From NCBI GenBank assembly GCA_051453625.1, contig JBOZIK010000001.1, positions 35,928,984 to 35,965,392 of the forward strand: a stretch of DNA of 36,409 nt. Reading direction: 5' to 3'. Shown here piece by piece: positions 10,100 to 23,879 of this stretch. Positions within the stretch are counted from its first letter, which is position 1. Each line of letters starts with the position of its first letter. A program made the translations under genes and the position numbers. Below the pieces are notes generated by a model. It was not told the DNA's origin and did no database searches. It was given only the letters and a program-made list of their open reading frames with translations. This DNA comes from Welwitschia mirabilis. Lineage: Eukaryota.

Positions 10100-11080
10100 T
10101 TGAAAAATTAATGGTGGGATAATCTACAACAAGATAGACTTATTCACGGAAAGGAACACAGAGAGATTTAGATTGAGATTTAAGTTACTTTATTCTTTCA
10201 ATACACATGGGGAATTTATTCTAAAGCCAAAAAAATCTATGACAGAAAGATAGAAGTATGGATGATTACACTTGAAAGACCCTTGTATTGTGCATTTAGA
10301 TAAATTACATGAAGACATGTGATTGGATTATAACTTCTTTATGGCTTACATAATAAATTTTCTTATTTCTTGATAAGTCAGTTTTAGTCTTTCTCTATTT
10401 GCTATATTATTTCTTTGAGTTTCATGCTTTTTGGCTATATTATTTAATATCAAAGCTAAATGCAAGTCTAATTTAAGAGAAGCTTAAGGATGATGGTACA
10501 TGTTGCTAGAGATGACACATAGGAAAGTTCTTCCTAAGAGATAATGAAGAGGCTTTAAAGATTAGGGATGATTATGAAATTTTTGATGAACAAATGTTAT
10601 GAAGAACCTTTATTAACTAGGTTTGTATTTGATAATAAAAAGAAAATATTATTAAATGGATTTGAAGTAAGCAAATTTACAAATATTTTCATAAGATTCA
10701 TTAAGGAAGAAGTGTCAAAGGTTGTAAATATAACAATGTTTTCTAGAAAATTTGTAGAATTAATAATGGATTGCATTAGATAAATGGATTTTTTCCTTCA
10801 ACTTGAAGGTTTAAAGATGATAAGGGAAAAAGTAAGGATTTCAATAGCTACGTTATAGGGCTTAACAGTGCAATGGTGGGATAACCTCTACAATAAGATA
10901 GGATTTTACACAAAAGAAGTGCATAAATACCTAGAATACCATGGTAAAATTTTTTTTAGAGATTTTTTAAAATAAATCATATGAGAAATTTATTCCAAAG
11001 ATAATAGAATCCATGGTAAAGACATAAAAGTGTGAATGAATATACTTTAGAGTTGCTAGCATCATGCATTAGTGCAATGG
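10100..11080 (+). mobile_element. Two decayed Gypsy gag (retrotrans_gag-like) fragments
   Basis: WWDNLQQDR at 10112 and EKVRISIATL*GLTVQWWDNL at ~10826-10888 match the Gypsy gag K-V-x(5)-L-x-G-x-A-x-x-W-W pattern. Many stops. Confidence 0.55.
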
Positions 11081-14000
11081 AGACAATAAATATAAGATTC
11101 TTTAAGGAATTGTGCTTCCTCATCCATGGTTTAGGTACTAAATTTTGTTAGTTATTATTGAGTTCCTTTGATTGTACTCTCTTTTCTTTTTTATTTATTA
11201 GTGTTACAGGCTTTTGTGCCATATCATCTTCATTGAGCATAATCAAAATTCCCACTCCCACAATTTAATAATTTACTACTAGAGCTATGTTTATATGTGT
11301 TATGTACATAATATTACTCAACTAATCCAAGTTGCATAATAGATGAATCATTTTAAGTAAAAGGAATTAAAGAGTTCAAAATGATAGTAAACTCTTCCAT
11401 ATGTAATTTTGATATAGAAAACTCAAATTGCAAGTAAAGATAATGTCATTCTTCCACAAGGATTACATAAATGATACTAATGTTATGAGGTTAGTTGCTA
11501 AATAAATATTTGAAAAACAAAATGTTTAACATAAAGTTTAATACTATGGAAGTGGCAAGGGTTTCATTTAATGATAAAATAAAGTGTTAAGAATATCTTA
11601 TCAAGTCATTATTTAATTCCATGTGTTATAGATGATCATGATTCTACTTATGTCCAGAAGATTATAACAATTATGTAATGTTCAAAAGATAAGATAGCTT
11701 ATAAAATATCAAATGCATCAATAACAAAGAAACAAAATATAGAATTATGTAGACTGGCATTGATATTAAGTAAAAAAAAATCAAGAGTAGAAATCACCAT
11801 TAAAGGTCAATCTCCTATTACAAATGAATTTTAATAATATCTAATATAAGATCAATACATCTTTATCTTTATATATTAATGATTATCTCCTTCCTTGTAA
11901 GGCCTTAAGAATCTATGTAGGTTTATAGTATAAATATAGAATATGTTGAATGAATTCAGATGATCTTCTTTTCATGATAAGGACATACGTATGTATAGCT
12001 CTAGAGTGTAGGCATACCACCACCCAAGGGTATATGTGAACATATTTTTTCTTATTAAGAAGCATTCCTTATGACATTAATATTATATTATACATTTTTA
12101 GTTTGATAAAATATATTCTTAAATTGTCTCATATATAATTGTGACTAATAAGTTAATAAGAATTATTTCTCAAAAGTTCAACTCCTAGCTATAATACATC
12201 ACCACATTACTAAACTAAATCATCATGTCGTGATTGTAAATATTCCTAGTATGATCTAAAGTGGGCTTTAAAAGTCCTAATTTTGGACATTTATTAATAC
12301 ATCCAAGTTTAGAAATTTAGGATCTAGCATAATTTGATAGGTAAAGTATACTAAACATTAATACTAAAATGATAAAATAAAAATAATTAAAGGGTTAAAA
12401 TATGTAAAATATATGTTTCAACACATCCTTAAACCATCTTATTACAAGTAACTTATTAATACAAGTGAAAAATAAAACATTTAAATTATATATGCACTAC
12501 TAAGAATAGGTCACAAATATAAAAAACATTATCATGAACATGTAAAAATATGACAATGTGCTATATGAATGAAGTGTAAAATGGTTAAAAATGATTGTGA
12601 TATATCACATAATCAATCACATATGAAAAAGTAGAAATAAGTAGATGATTCATTTCATAAAATCACATAAATTCATGTGCAAATAATTATCAAGAGTCTA
12701 AAGTTATACAAAATAAATGTCATATGAAAACATCCATTTTTTATATTTTTTATTTTAATATATAAAATGTACGCAATTGAAATAGATCCTTTACAAAGCT
12801 TATAACCCTTTAACTAGTGGTTTAATAGGGACCCATGAATCCTGTTATTTAAACAATAAATACTATCTTTTAAAAAATTTTAGTATTAGATGTGAAGAAA
12901 ATTAAATTTTTTTCTACTTAAAAATTTTGTGACTTGACATCCCTAACCAAACATGAGTAATTTCATTTTGTGAAACAAATAAGAGATATCTAAAAATGAT
13001 GTGATAAAATGATACTTAAAGAAGAAGGTTGGATGAAGTTACTTATTATATCATATAATAGCCTCCAAAATAGACAAATGATACATTTAAGCATTTTCGA
13101 TTCCTATCATGATAAAAAGAGAGCTAAATGAAATATTTGCATAAGAAGCCTACATGCATATGGGAAATTAAATAAGATAATTATCCAAATAGATAGACTA
13201 AACGTGTAAAAAGTGAATATAGAGGCCTATGAAAGCAACATGATCTATGAGACTATTAAAATTCTATGCTATCTTTCTCTTGGTCTTTTATTATTATTTT
13301 CATTCCACTTTGTAACTTCTTCACTCATGATTTATGTTGCCATGATATCTCTTATAACAATATTTTCTCTCTAAAGTATGGATCTTTTAGTGATGAAACA
13401 AACTCCTTAAACTCCTAATAAGTTAAGCATGGAGAGGAAGAAGGAATTAATTGATAATGTGTAGACAACTTATAGGAAGTGGCTCTATCAAAAGGAGGAA
13501 ACATTATTCATTAATATTAGGTTGTTAATTAGATCTTAGGCATCATCTTATTTTTCTAATATGTCTCTTTGTAACCTAACATCTAAAGGTATAGTCATAT
13601 GTTAAAGGGTCTACACTTAATTCTTTTACCTTTATAAGAATAGCATCTGTGATTAGATAAGACAAGGGTAAAGTATTGGTATTTTCTATGAACTTCATTA
13701 GCTCTATGAAAATAAATACATATTATGATAAGTTCTAACTAATGTAGTTAAGGTAAGTAGAGATTGCTTGTGACTTTGTTACTATTATTAATTATAAATA
13801 TAAATAATGATAATTTATTCTTTCCCATACCATTAGCTTTAATAATAGATCCATCAGAAGGTACTATTATATCACTATTCATAGTACCTGTATCATCATT
13901 TTAAAAATAAATATATAAGATATTAGAAACACTAGTGATAGAGGAGATGAAATCGAAATCTAATGGAAAACTAATACTTCATTTATACTTTTGGTAATGA

Positions 14001-17000
14001 AAAACAATATTTTATCACTAGTATTAAATTAAACTACTAAATTAATTTAGACAAATAAAAATTTTTCTTAGCATCTATTTCAAATAGATGTCTTAACCCA
14101 CAAATAACTACAATACCTAGTAGAAGACTACATGCACCACTAAGAATAATTCTCATGTTCCTTGGGCAAGATTATTAATTAATTTTAATATTATTTAAAA
14201 CTAGGTTTTTAAAAAGAAATGGCATAAAAAATAGAAAATATTTTTCTAACTTCACATTCTGTGTTAAAAAGATTAACATGTCATGCTACAGTGGGACAAC
14301 TAGTTAGCATAGTAATTTAGAGGATGGTAAAGTTGGACTTACTTGGATGACTTGGTAAGACTCTAGACCACTTAAAAATTAGCATAGAAATTATAAAATC
14401 AAGAAAACAAGTAAATTTTATTTTGCATGAAATGAAAATTCAAATCAAAAGATCACTTTTTAAATAGTTTAATTTTCATCTAAAGTTTAAATACATTTTT
14501 ATAAATTCATTAATAAGATATTATTCACTTAAATGACTAGAGACTATGCAAAAATATTCAAAAACTTCTTAAATCTAGTCTTAATTATTAAATAAAGATG
14601 CTATTAAGTAGAGTAAGGTATGATATTCGTAATGCATAAAAATAAAAATAAAGAAAAAGGAATATAAAATTTATTATCTTAATAAGCTTAACTTTACATC
14701 GTAGAAGCCTGTCATGGCCAAGAGTTATAACTAGTTATAATAAGATTTAATCATGATTCCTAATATATATTATCATTGTTTAGTTGCATTACACCTCTAA
14801 ATCCATCACGAACACAAAAGACTAGATTTTTCAAGGGGAAAAAGGATATCCAACTTGCATTAAAGTTTACATTTGTACTAATAAAGCATTTTGTATATAC
14901 ATAAAAAGACATTATGTCTTTGACATAATGCATTAGTCCCTCCTAAATAGAGTGAGGCTACTAAATATTTTATCACTTTTTCCTTAATAGATAATATGAA
15001 TATAATCTCTCAAAGTTTAGTAGCCTTTATTGACTAGACTTAACAAATGATGGTCATTTATACATTAAGCTATATAATATTACTCATCTTTTCACTTAAG
15101 CATGAATTTTTCAAATTAGGAACTAGCTTTTGAATTTAAGACCCTTGGATTTTATTATTNNNNNNNNNNNNNNNNNNNNNNNNNNNNNNNNNNNNNNNNN
15201 NNNNNNNNNNNNNNNNNNNNNNNNNNNNNNNNNNNNNNNNNNNNNNNNNNNNNNNNNNNNTATATATATATATGTATATATAATTAAAAGGGTCAATGTT
15301 CTTATTTATTTAATATCTAGATTCTAAAATTGATATATATCTCCTCTTTCTCTTCCTTCTCTTGTTCTCTCTTTATCTCTTTAATAACACATAACAGATG
15401 TAGTAAGAGGCTTAACCCATAATAAGATAAATACATAACATAAAAAATGGAATTTTATATAAAGCTAGTACGCGAGTAGAGAAAAAGCCAAAAATCCAAC
15501 CTAATTAGTCCAAAGTCTATCAAGCGAGGGTTGGAACCTAAGAGATTGATGTCTTATGAATGAACTAAGTGAACCATGTACCTATTATAACTCTAAGTCT
15601 TAACCCAAATAAATCATATGAATTTACATCATCCAAATGCATTTCTTATATAATAACGAACATACAATCCAGGCCGTAACAGTTTAGAATAGAAAAAAGA
15701 AAATGTTTAAGTCTTTATCCATTGATGCTAAATGAATGTGAATGAAGGAAATACTCAATTTTCAAAACGAGAATATCATGCTCCAAGCCTTTACAAAAAT
15801 AAATGTGTACTTAACATGATAATTTAAATTAGGGAAAGAAAATCAAGTATAAAATTTCAAATTAAAGAATAAAGAAATCTACTAGGGCGACGTGTATATA
15901 TAGTGGAAGTACATGAGTATCAAACCGATGAAACACTTGACATGAATTCATATGAAAATATTCCTTATGAAACTATCACTTTACATGATAAAACAACTAT
16001 TTCTTTTATATGGCATACAAGTAACTACAACACATGACTTATAATTATTGTAAAGAACCGCATATGTAAAATGTAATTTCACAAGATGTGAAAAAAGGGA
16101 AAATATGATAAAATCAAAGGAAATAGCTTTTATAAACATTCACTATCATTCTATTGATCATTTTTAGCTCATACAAACAAGCAAGAAAATTTAAACAGTC
16201 AAATCTACTAAAGTCATTTTCATACAAAACTAATTGTCCTTGAAACATTTACTACTTGAAATCATATGATGTAACTAAGTAATTTAAACATCTCACTTCA
16301 TTCTCAATAAAATGTATGACAACCTAGAATAAAAATATAACACTTGAAAAGCTAGATTCTTCAAATCGACATAGTAAACTGTTTGACTTTAACAAAATTT
16401 TCAGTAAATTTTGATATAACTAACTTGAAAGATAACTCTTTACTTATCATGAAATGAGTCATAAAATAAGCAAAAGCATATATATTAGGTTCTAAATTAA
16501 TAAGTAATTGATAAAAACTATCATAGAAATGTTTAGTAAATCAAAGTAACACTTAGGTAATTAAGTTATTTTGACTGATTGAAATTGGCAAAAAGAGAAG
16601 AGACAAAAAAAGGAGAGAGAAAATTTAGAAAATGGAGTTAGAAATTATCAGAACCTTTAAAATATTCATAAAATTCCCTAAAACAAGTTTATAGTACCAC
16701 TATTCAATATTTAGTAGAATTGATTGGAACCGATAAAAACAGTTCATCTAGAAAAAAACTACAAAAATTATAATCAACCTTTCTTTAACCAAAAATATTA
16801 AGCAAAATATAAAAATTGAGAAAACATAGATTTTATATTTATAAAGTACTTAAAAAATAATGCAAAATAATATCTTGAATGTCTAAAAACACATTACTAA
16901 TGATAGAAAAATGCATTACACCAAATCAAGAAAATTAAGAATTGACAGATCAAATATTTCTCTTGGTAAAACTATAACTGTAACTGTAAATATCTGAAAA

Positions 17001-17649
17001 AGGGGTTTTAAAGGCCAAATGTGATTTAAAATAATTGAGGATAAAGGTTTCTAAATCATGAGAGGAAGATATTAACAAAATTCTATAACCATTTGAGTTG
17101 AAGAAAAAGAGTCATGGTCAAAACAAGTATTGAAATTTACCTGTCTACTTTGAATTTGCAAAGGGAAGAAAGAATAGAGAAGAATTTATGCAAAAATAAA
17201 TAATTTTAATCTCAAACAAAGATAAAGAACATATCTACAAACCAATCTACTACTATTATAAATGAAAAAATTAGAAATTCATCGTTGTCTAACTTAGAAA
17301 AAAGGTGGAATTTTGAGAAAATGTATCAGAAAAATGAAAAGAGTGGAGGAAAGAAGAAAGAAGAGGAATAAATACATGATTTATTTGATATAGAGTGATC
17401 AACCATACAAAATTACTTTATTCTATAATAGGTAATCCATTTATAACAATTTAATTAGCACTAATTATGTACATGCTATAAAAAGTTTAATTAAATTAAA
17501 AGAAAAGCATGATAAAAATGCAAAAAACCAAGTAATAAAAAGCACATAAACATAAGGAAAATAACATTTATTAGTTTTAGATAAAATAAAATCCCTTTTT
17601 ATTAGTCTTTAATCCAATTTCTTACAATATTTGATGCCTTCTTCTTTTC

Positions 17650-18645
17650 TTACACCGCCCGATCACATTCACTTTACCACCCCTACAATGCCCTTCGGAA
17701 GGGTGAAAATGGAAGAAAAGATAATGACAAATGGAATGTAAAAGGGTTTAAGAGGCTAAAAATGAATTTATGTGACAATAAAATATGTGAATAAAGAATG
17801 TAAAAGGTTTGCGAAGTCAATATAGAGATGAGATCAACTTGGAAGTGAAGAAACGTAAGAGAAATGTGGTAGAAAATCTCTTTCTAATACTTGATAATGG
17901 CTTGAATCACATCAAAATGGCATAAAAATTATAGTATAACCTCATGATCTAAGTTTGGACACTAAGGGAGGTCTTTATAGGTGTACTTGGGTTACTTGTA
18001 GGCTACACAGTTGTTAAAACCACTACATTTCTGCATTTATCACATGTTACATTAGGTAAAACTGTTACATGATAATACAGCGTCATTTTACTCTTGGAAG
18101 TAGCACCATAGCACTACCGGCAGTTTGACATATAACTACCTAAACTCTTAAATATGAATTTAATATAATTTTATCTCTTAAGGCTTACAATACATGAAAT
18201 CATCAAATTTGATTAAAAAACAACTAGAAATGTATATATAGCTTCTTGAATATAATTTTCCAAGGTACTGATGTTGTGAAAGGCTCTGATGTCATATAAT
18301 GTCATGCATTTAGAGTCAAAATGAGTCAAAATCATCACCTCAGCAAGTGGATGAAATATGATAATGGAAAAGGGACTATGAATCACCTATAGAGTTACCA
18401 ATTTGAAGTAGTCCTCCATGATCCATATTTTCATCATCGATCTTGATCTCCTAATTGTAATCATCACGAAGAGCCTCAAACTGTATCGTAATGCCTTGTT
18501 TTAAGCTTCTTTAGTGTCCAAGATCCCTATCACCCAGAAGATGCAAAACTACCTCTAAATAGAATATTAAAGTTCAAAATGTAATGGAAAATAATGACTA
18601 TTAATGCTTTATTTTATCAAAAATTTAGGCTTCATCACCTTCCCA
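17650..18645 (-). mobile_element. Probable LTR with adjacent polypurine tract
   Basis: Minus strand reads GGGAAGG then TGATG at 18644-18633, with a TATA-like motif at ~17975-17981. Partly similar to 7.2-7.4 kb. Left boundary approximate. Confidence 0.35.
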
Positions 18646-20554
18646 ACTAGTCTCCTTATATGTCTTGTCCAAGTGATGATGATAAGAGGAATGAGGCCTA
18701 CTGAAAATCAAGATGTTCATCTATAGGATGTGGTATCAAACCTATTGTTAGAGTATCGAATGACATTTGTTATTCACATGATGATGAGGAATTACATCAT
18801 TTACCAAACCCTGTAGATTAATAATCGATATTTTTGTAGCTTAACTGGATGATTGTGGATATGAATGCTGGTTTTGTAAATAATAACATATATAAAGCAA
18901 TCGTACCAATAATCATGAAAGCATGATAATATATATAAGCTAAAGGATATAGTAAGTAAAATGTAGAGACATCAAAAACTTCAACATTATATTCACTAAT
19001 CTAAAGTTAAATTTTTATTATGTTTTATTCATTTTGCAAAAAGAAAATAAAATTATGGACATAATATAAATAAAATAAAACACATCCAGACTATCATATT
19101 ATACTACAATGTTACATAAGAAAGTAAATCACACAAATTTCAAACATGAAATACATACATTATCAAATAGAAACTGATCAAGCATTAAATACATACAACA
19201 CACTAATAAATATAGAAGTGAAGAATAAGCAAGCTTTCAATCTAAAAAAACATCAAAGATCTAAGGACTATAATAATAAGTAAGACAAGAAGGTCCACTG
19301 CCATCTTCGTCGTGATACTCATGCTCAGCTGTGGTGTCTGAATACTAAAGAGCATGTTGAGCTACATCTTGATCTCACCTTTATCCATGTTTATGAGAGA
19401 AGAATCAAGTCATAGAATGAAATGAAAATGTCAAGCTATGAATAAACTAAGACTACCCCTATATCTCATTCTCTATCCTATCAAAGTGCTGATCAATTGT
19501 AGCTAGAGGGGTATCATGTTGTTCAGGCAAAGGTCTAGGATATTGTTGCTACTTATACTTAAAAAATCTCTCTGCCTTCTAAAGTTATCTAAAATTAGTA
19601 GGGGGATGGAAAAGGTATCTAATATGACCAATCCTATGAAACTCAGGGTATTAATGGATAATTACTTTTTAAATAGTAAATGGTAAAGGAATAACAACAG
19701 AACGCTGAGAAGAATATGCATGACAAACATGGACAAACATAAGATATGGAACATAAGAAGCATGTTCCTACCCAAATAGATGAAGGTTTATTAAGACATT
19801 AGGAAATGCATGATATGTATAAGAAGTACTTAGGATGTTAGACATAATGCAACTTGTAAGAGCTACATTAGATGGGCTAAAATGATTAATAAGAAAACCA
19901 TTAGCGTGCTAGAATTGAGATTAAAATCATCTATAATAGGTAATACCATATCCAAAAAATCAATCAGTAAGGTATCTCTAATGCATCAGCTATAGCTCTA
20001 CGAGACCACTGAATGGTAAGATTATCCACATTAGACTTCCCTATATTTTCTTCTTCATCAAACCAAAGGTTTTAGAAAAAACATGATTATGGTATCACTA
20101 GGGTACAAAGCATCATTTAAATTAGCTAACCAATTCCTTGCCCAAGACCTAACTAATTCATTATCTTTAGAAGCAAAGTCTTTAAACCAAAAAATAAAAA
20201 TCAGAATAGGATGCCAACTTGTGAATTTTTGATGATGCATTAAGAGAAGACCCCATGAGAATATGTTGTATGAAATTAAACAAGCTTTCAAAAATGGTAT
20301 ATATTATGAGATTTTTTTTTGTAGATTTTCTAAAGTTAGAGGTGACATACATGCATAAAAAAATACTTTTTGACAAAAATGGCCAAAAATTTGTAACAAA
20401 AATGAAACTAAGCACTTGTAGAACAGAGGATAGATAGTAAAAATAATAAATGACTAAATTACATTAAAATGAATTACAAAAACAAAGTAGAGAGAATTGG
20501 AAATCTATTTAGTAGCATTCTATTTTTTAATGAAAAATACATAAAGAGGAGAGA

Positions 20555-20795
20555 AATGGATAGGAAATTCAAAAATTTTCAACATTTATATATAATTACT
20601 CTAATCCTATTTCAAATAATCTAAATATAAACCATAACTTTACAAAAAATAATCCAACCTTAGCATGTACTCTTATTTCAATGCTAAAAACTTGATAAGA
20701 AAGCATAAAATTTTCGAAAAATGTTGTAGAAGTTAAGAACAAACTTGAAAGCATACAAATAAAGTGCTAGATAAGGAAGATGTGAACTTATTGAA
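20555..20795. repeat. Dispersed decayed repeat, homologous to 34530-34760 and more weakly to ~17400-17580
   Basis: Collinear shared motifs CTCTAATC.TA.TT.AAATAAT, TAAAAACTT.ATA and GATGTGAA. Probably TE-derived. Confidence 0.55.
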
Positions 20796-21419
20796 TTAAT
20801 ATCCAAATGCTTACAAGCTAATGCTTAGTCCCAAAAATTTCTTCGAAATTAGTGAAATTAACCCATCTCAAACCTTCTAAAACATCTTATTGAGTGGAAA
20901 TGATATGAAAGTGGATTAGGGTAGTGGAGAATGATGTGAACAAGTGATATAGTGGAGGGAAAGTGAAATTGGGCTCATCGCTTAAAATATTCAACTTATG
21001 TATCGTTTTAGAGCTTCAAGAGTTACTTAAAATGTTTAAGCGAGAGAAATTTAAGGTCTTATTAACATGCCTTACCTTTCCCCTTTCTTTTCTTATTTAA
21101 TTGTTAAAATATAGCATTTTCTATCACAATACCAAACAAAGGAAACAGGGAATAGTAAACTAAAATAAAACATCAATTAAACATCTATCCATTGATGCCT
21201 TAAGCTTAAGCTTGACCAGGATGCCCATACACACAAGATGTTGCACTAACCCTTTGTCATTCCCACTATAAGCTCACATTGTCAATTTTATACATCAAAT
21301 AAACATAAATACTTTATAATAAAACTTACATGTCAAATACCTTGCTTTTTTTATATATATTTTTAACCTTAGAGTGTAGCGTCTTATACAGCACAATTCC
21401 CGGCGAGGGACAAGAGAGA

Positions 21420-21762
21420 AGATATTTTGAAACCAAAGGGCTTTGATTGGACATGGTTGTTGATAACTACGTATTAACCAACGGAAACGATGATTATGAA
21501 TTAAGAAGAAGATATTGTACTTTGAAATATCTGCGATAATCAAATATCTGCGCCAGCACGATGCTGACATGGAAAAAAGCGCCAGAGATGCCAGTGGTGC
21601 CAGGCATCCTTAAATTATTCGTCCAGTCGTTGTGTGTCCGTTGTTGTCGCTCGGGGGAGCGATTCGTTTCGTATTTTCCTTTTCTTCAATTGCATTTCAA
21701 AGAACCAAGAAAAATCCGCGTCTGTTGATTTTTCTCTTATTAATATCTTAAACGGAGATATT
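21420..21762 (+). promoter_or_regulatory. Cluster of evening elements (EE) and EE-like motifs in the promoter and 5' leader of the COR27/28-like gene
   Basis: Perfect EE AAAATATCT on the minus strand at 21420-21428. AATATCT cores at 21510-21516(-), 21526-21532, 21543-21549, 21742-21748 and 21756-21762(-). GATTCG (LUX-type site) at 21661. Region is CpG-rich. Confidence 0.7.
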
Positions 21763-21907
21763 GTAGGCCGAGGATTTTTCTTCTTGCTCCGCGGCTTCTG
21801 GTCATTCATTTGCAGCGCCATGGATTTCTTGTAGAAGAGCATTCATTCGCTTTTCAAGATGTTATGTGTCACATATTTGATTGAATGTAAGTAGGTTTGC
21901 TGTTGTC

Positions 21908-22063
21908 ATGGCGACGGGACCTTATGCTAGGGTTTTGTACGGCAATCCATCCCTCGTTGATCAGCAGGAAGGTGTTGGAGAAAACGAAGAATGTTGTCCA
22001 GATTCTGCCGATTTTGTTAGCCCCGGCTCTTCGATTGCTTCCAACCTTTCTAACGGCGATTCC
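21908..22063 (+). CDS. COR27: Coding exon 1 of COR27/COR28-like gene (MATGPYARVLYGNPSLVDQQ...SNGDS)
   Basis: ATG in good context (gtcATGGCG), 52 codons, followed by a GTAAGT donor at 22064. Phase 0 matches the acceptor TTTTATTCAG ending at 22871. Confidence 0.7.
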
Positions 22064-22871
22064 GTAAGTATTTAGGTTAAATTCCAGTGGCCGTTTTGCC
22101 TGCAATCTTAGTCACCACTTTGAGAGTATCTGAATCAATCTGATTTACGTTTTTGTCTCGTTTTCGAGTCTAATTTGTCCGTAGTTTTGATTTGCCGTTC
22201 CTTAGCTATTGTCTTTCTATTTTCGGTGTCTAATTTGATATGTATAAGTTTGCTATTTCCGGTCTAGAAGATTTTAGCAGGAAATGTGTAGCTTTTAGCT
22301 CCTCGGAAGCATGAAATAGAAAATAGACATAATTTAACGATCTTTATGAGCGTGAGCGTTGCACAGAATCCTTACGCATTTTTCTTTTCGTAGTTTATGT
22401 AAACTCCTTCTGTGCAAGCAAACAGTTATTCAGTTTTGTAAGATTTTTACGTACGTGTTGCCTCTCGCTCTTTCGGTTATTTTTAAGATACGATTTAGCA
22501 TAGAATGGAGAAGGAATCAGATGAAATGGAGAATTATGCCTGCGATCGCTGACTCTCATTTCAGCTTGCAGCCAAAGGGTTGCTAAGTATGAATCATATA
22601 ATCACAGTTAAGTTCACGTTCATTTTAATAATCCATTGGGGGAGGTACTGTTTTTGAGTATCGTAGGAACAAATGCCCTGTAAAGCAACCGCTTCACGTT
22701 AGAGATTTTTTCTTATCTGTTTTGCCATCTGTTTGTGTTTGAGCAAGACCTGTTTACTTAATTGTATGCTCTGTGGCATGCATTTGTGAAAAGAGGTTTC
22801 ATTATATCTTGCCGTTTACCTGTGTACCATATGAAATGATATTAATGATGGTGTTTTTCCATTTTATTCAG

Positions 22872-23431
22872 CTCCCAAGGATAGTGGATTCAGTAGATAC
22901 AGGATGGACAGATGAGATGCATTCTTTATATCTAAACACAATGGAAGCAACGTTTGCCAGGAAATTGTATGATAAGGAGTATTGTGCCATGGATTTGTGT
23001 GGACAGTCAGCTATTGAGCATGAGGATCAAGATCCAGAATCTGCAGAGTCGAAGCTTAGTTGTCCTTCACCTTTTGGGTTTAAGATTTGGCAGAAAGGAA
23101 ACTATCAGAGGTCACCAGATTTTAAGATGACTCAGAAAAAACCTCCAGTAACATTTTACAGAGCCCATGGGTGCAACATTTCAGAGGCCTTACAGACAAG
23201 TCTATAATGATTGAAGATGTAAAGCAATCTTCGATGTTTAAAACCCAAGCTGTTGACAACGCTGTAAAAAAAAACTCATTTGCAATTGAAGATCATGGAG
23301 TTTAGCCTTGTAGATTGCAATCAAATTATGATATCAATTATCGAAATATGGAGCTGGATCTTGTTGAAAAGAAGTGCACTTGGGCTGTAGCACACCCTGA
23401 AGGGAATGGTAATGATAAATCTTTGACAGAA
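22872..23431 (+). pseudogene. COR27: COR27/COR28-like (cold-regulated protein 27/28 family) coding region, disrupted
   Basis: Family motifs TGWTDEMHSLYLNTMEATFARKLY and FGFKIWQKG. After a frameshift near the A6 run at 23136-23141 comes ILQSPWVQHFR. In-frame TAG at 23303-23305. Homology to the downstream copy stops at 23431. Confidence 0.8.
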
Positions 23432-23594
23432 TCGTGTTTGCTCCGTAATCTGAAACAGCAATTCCATGAAGTCCCAAAGATGAACCCTCCGCCAGAGTCT
23501 TCAAAGAGCCAAAACAACGATGCCAGTGGTAATAAAGGACATGTTTATCATTACAAAGGGTAATAAAGGACATGTTTCACAATTCCTGTGTGAT

Positions 23595-23771
23595 CTTTAT
23601 GAATCACCTGGTTCTGCGGTAGCAATCCATAGTCGTAATGATGTGGCCACCCCCGGTCGGAACCAATGCCAGCATATTAGCTACGGTGGCATACATACCG
23701 GACGCCAGTAGTAACGTTGTCTCTGCTCCTTTCAAGGCGCTGATTTTATCTTCAGCAACTAGCGCAGTAGG
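23595..23771 (-). pseudogene. CGS1: Cystathionine gamma-synthase gene fragment
   Basis: My translation PTALVAEDKISALKGAETTLLLASGMYATVANMLALVPTGGGHIITTMDCYRRTR*FIK matches plant CGS (as recalled: NPTTVVLEDKISALEGAESTLVMASGM...LVPAGGHIVTTTDCYRKTRIF). Stop at 23606-23604. No flanking CGS sequence. Confidence 0.9.
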
Positions 23772-23879
23772 GATACTCCATTGAATTCTTGTTGGTGTTG
23801 AAAGCAGTCCAGATCAAATTGACGATCACATCTTTGCATTGTGCATCCGCCTTCAGCAGATATAGTTTCCAGGGAGAGG

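Noticed and set aside
20058-20437. Short overlapping ORFs near 20.1-20.4 kb as a host gene
   Set aside because: CpG-depleted TE-like context with no splice structure or recognisable domain. At most a decayed accessory ORF of a retrotransposon.
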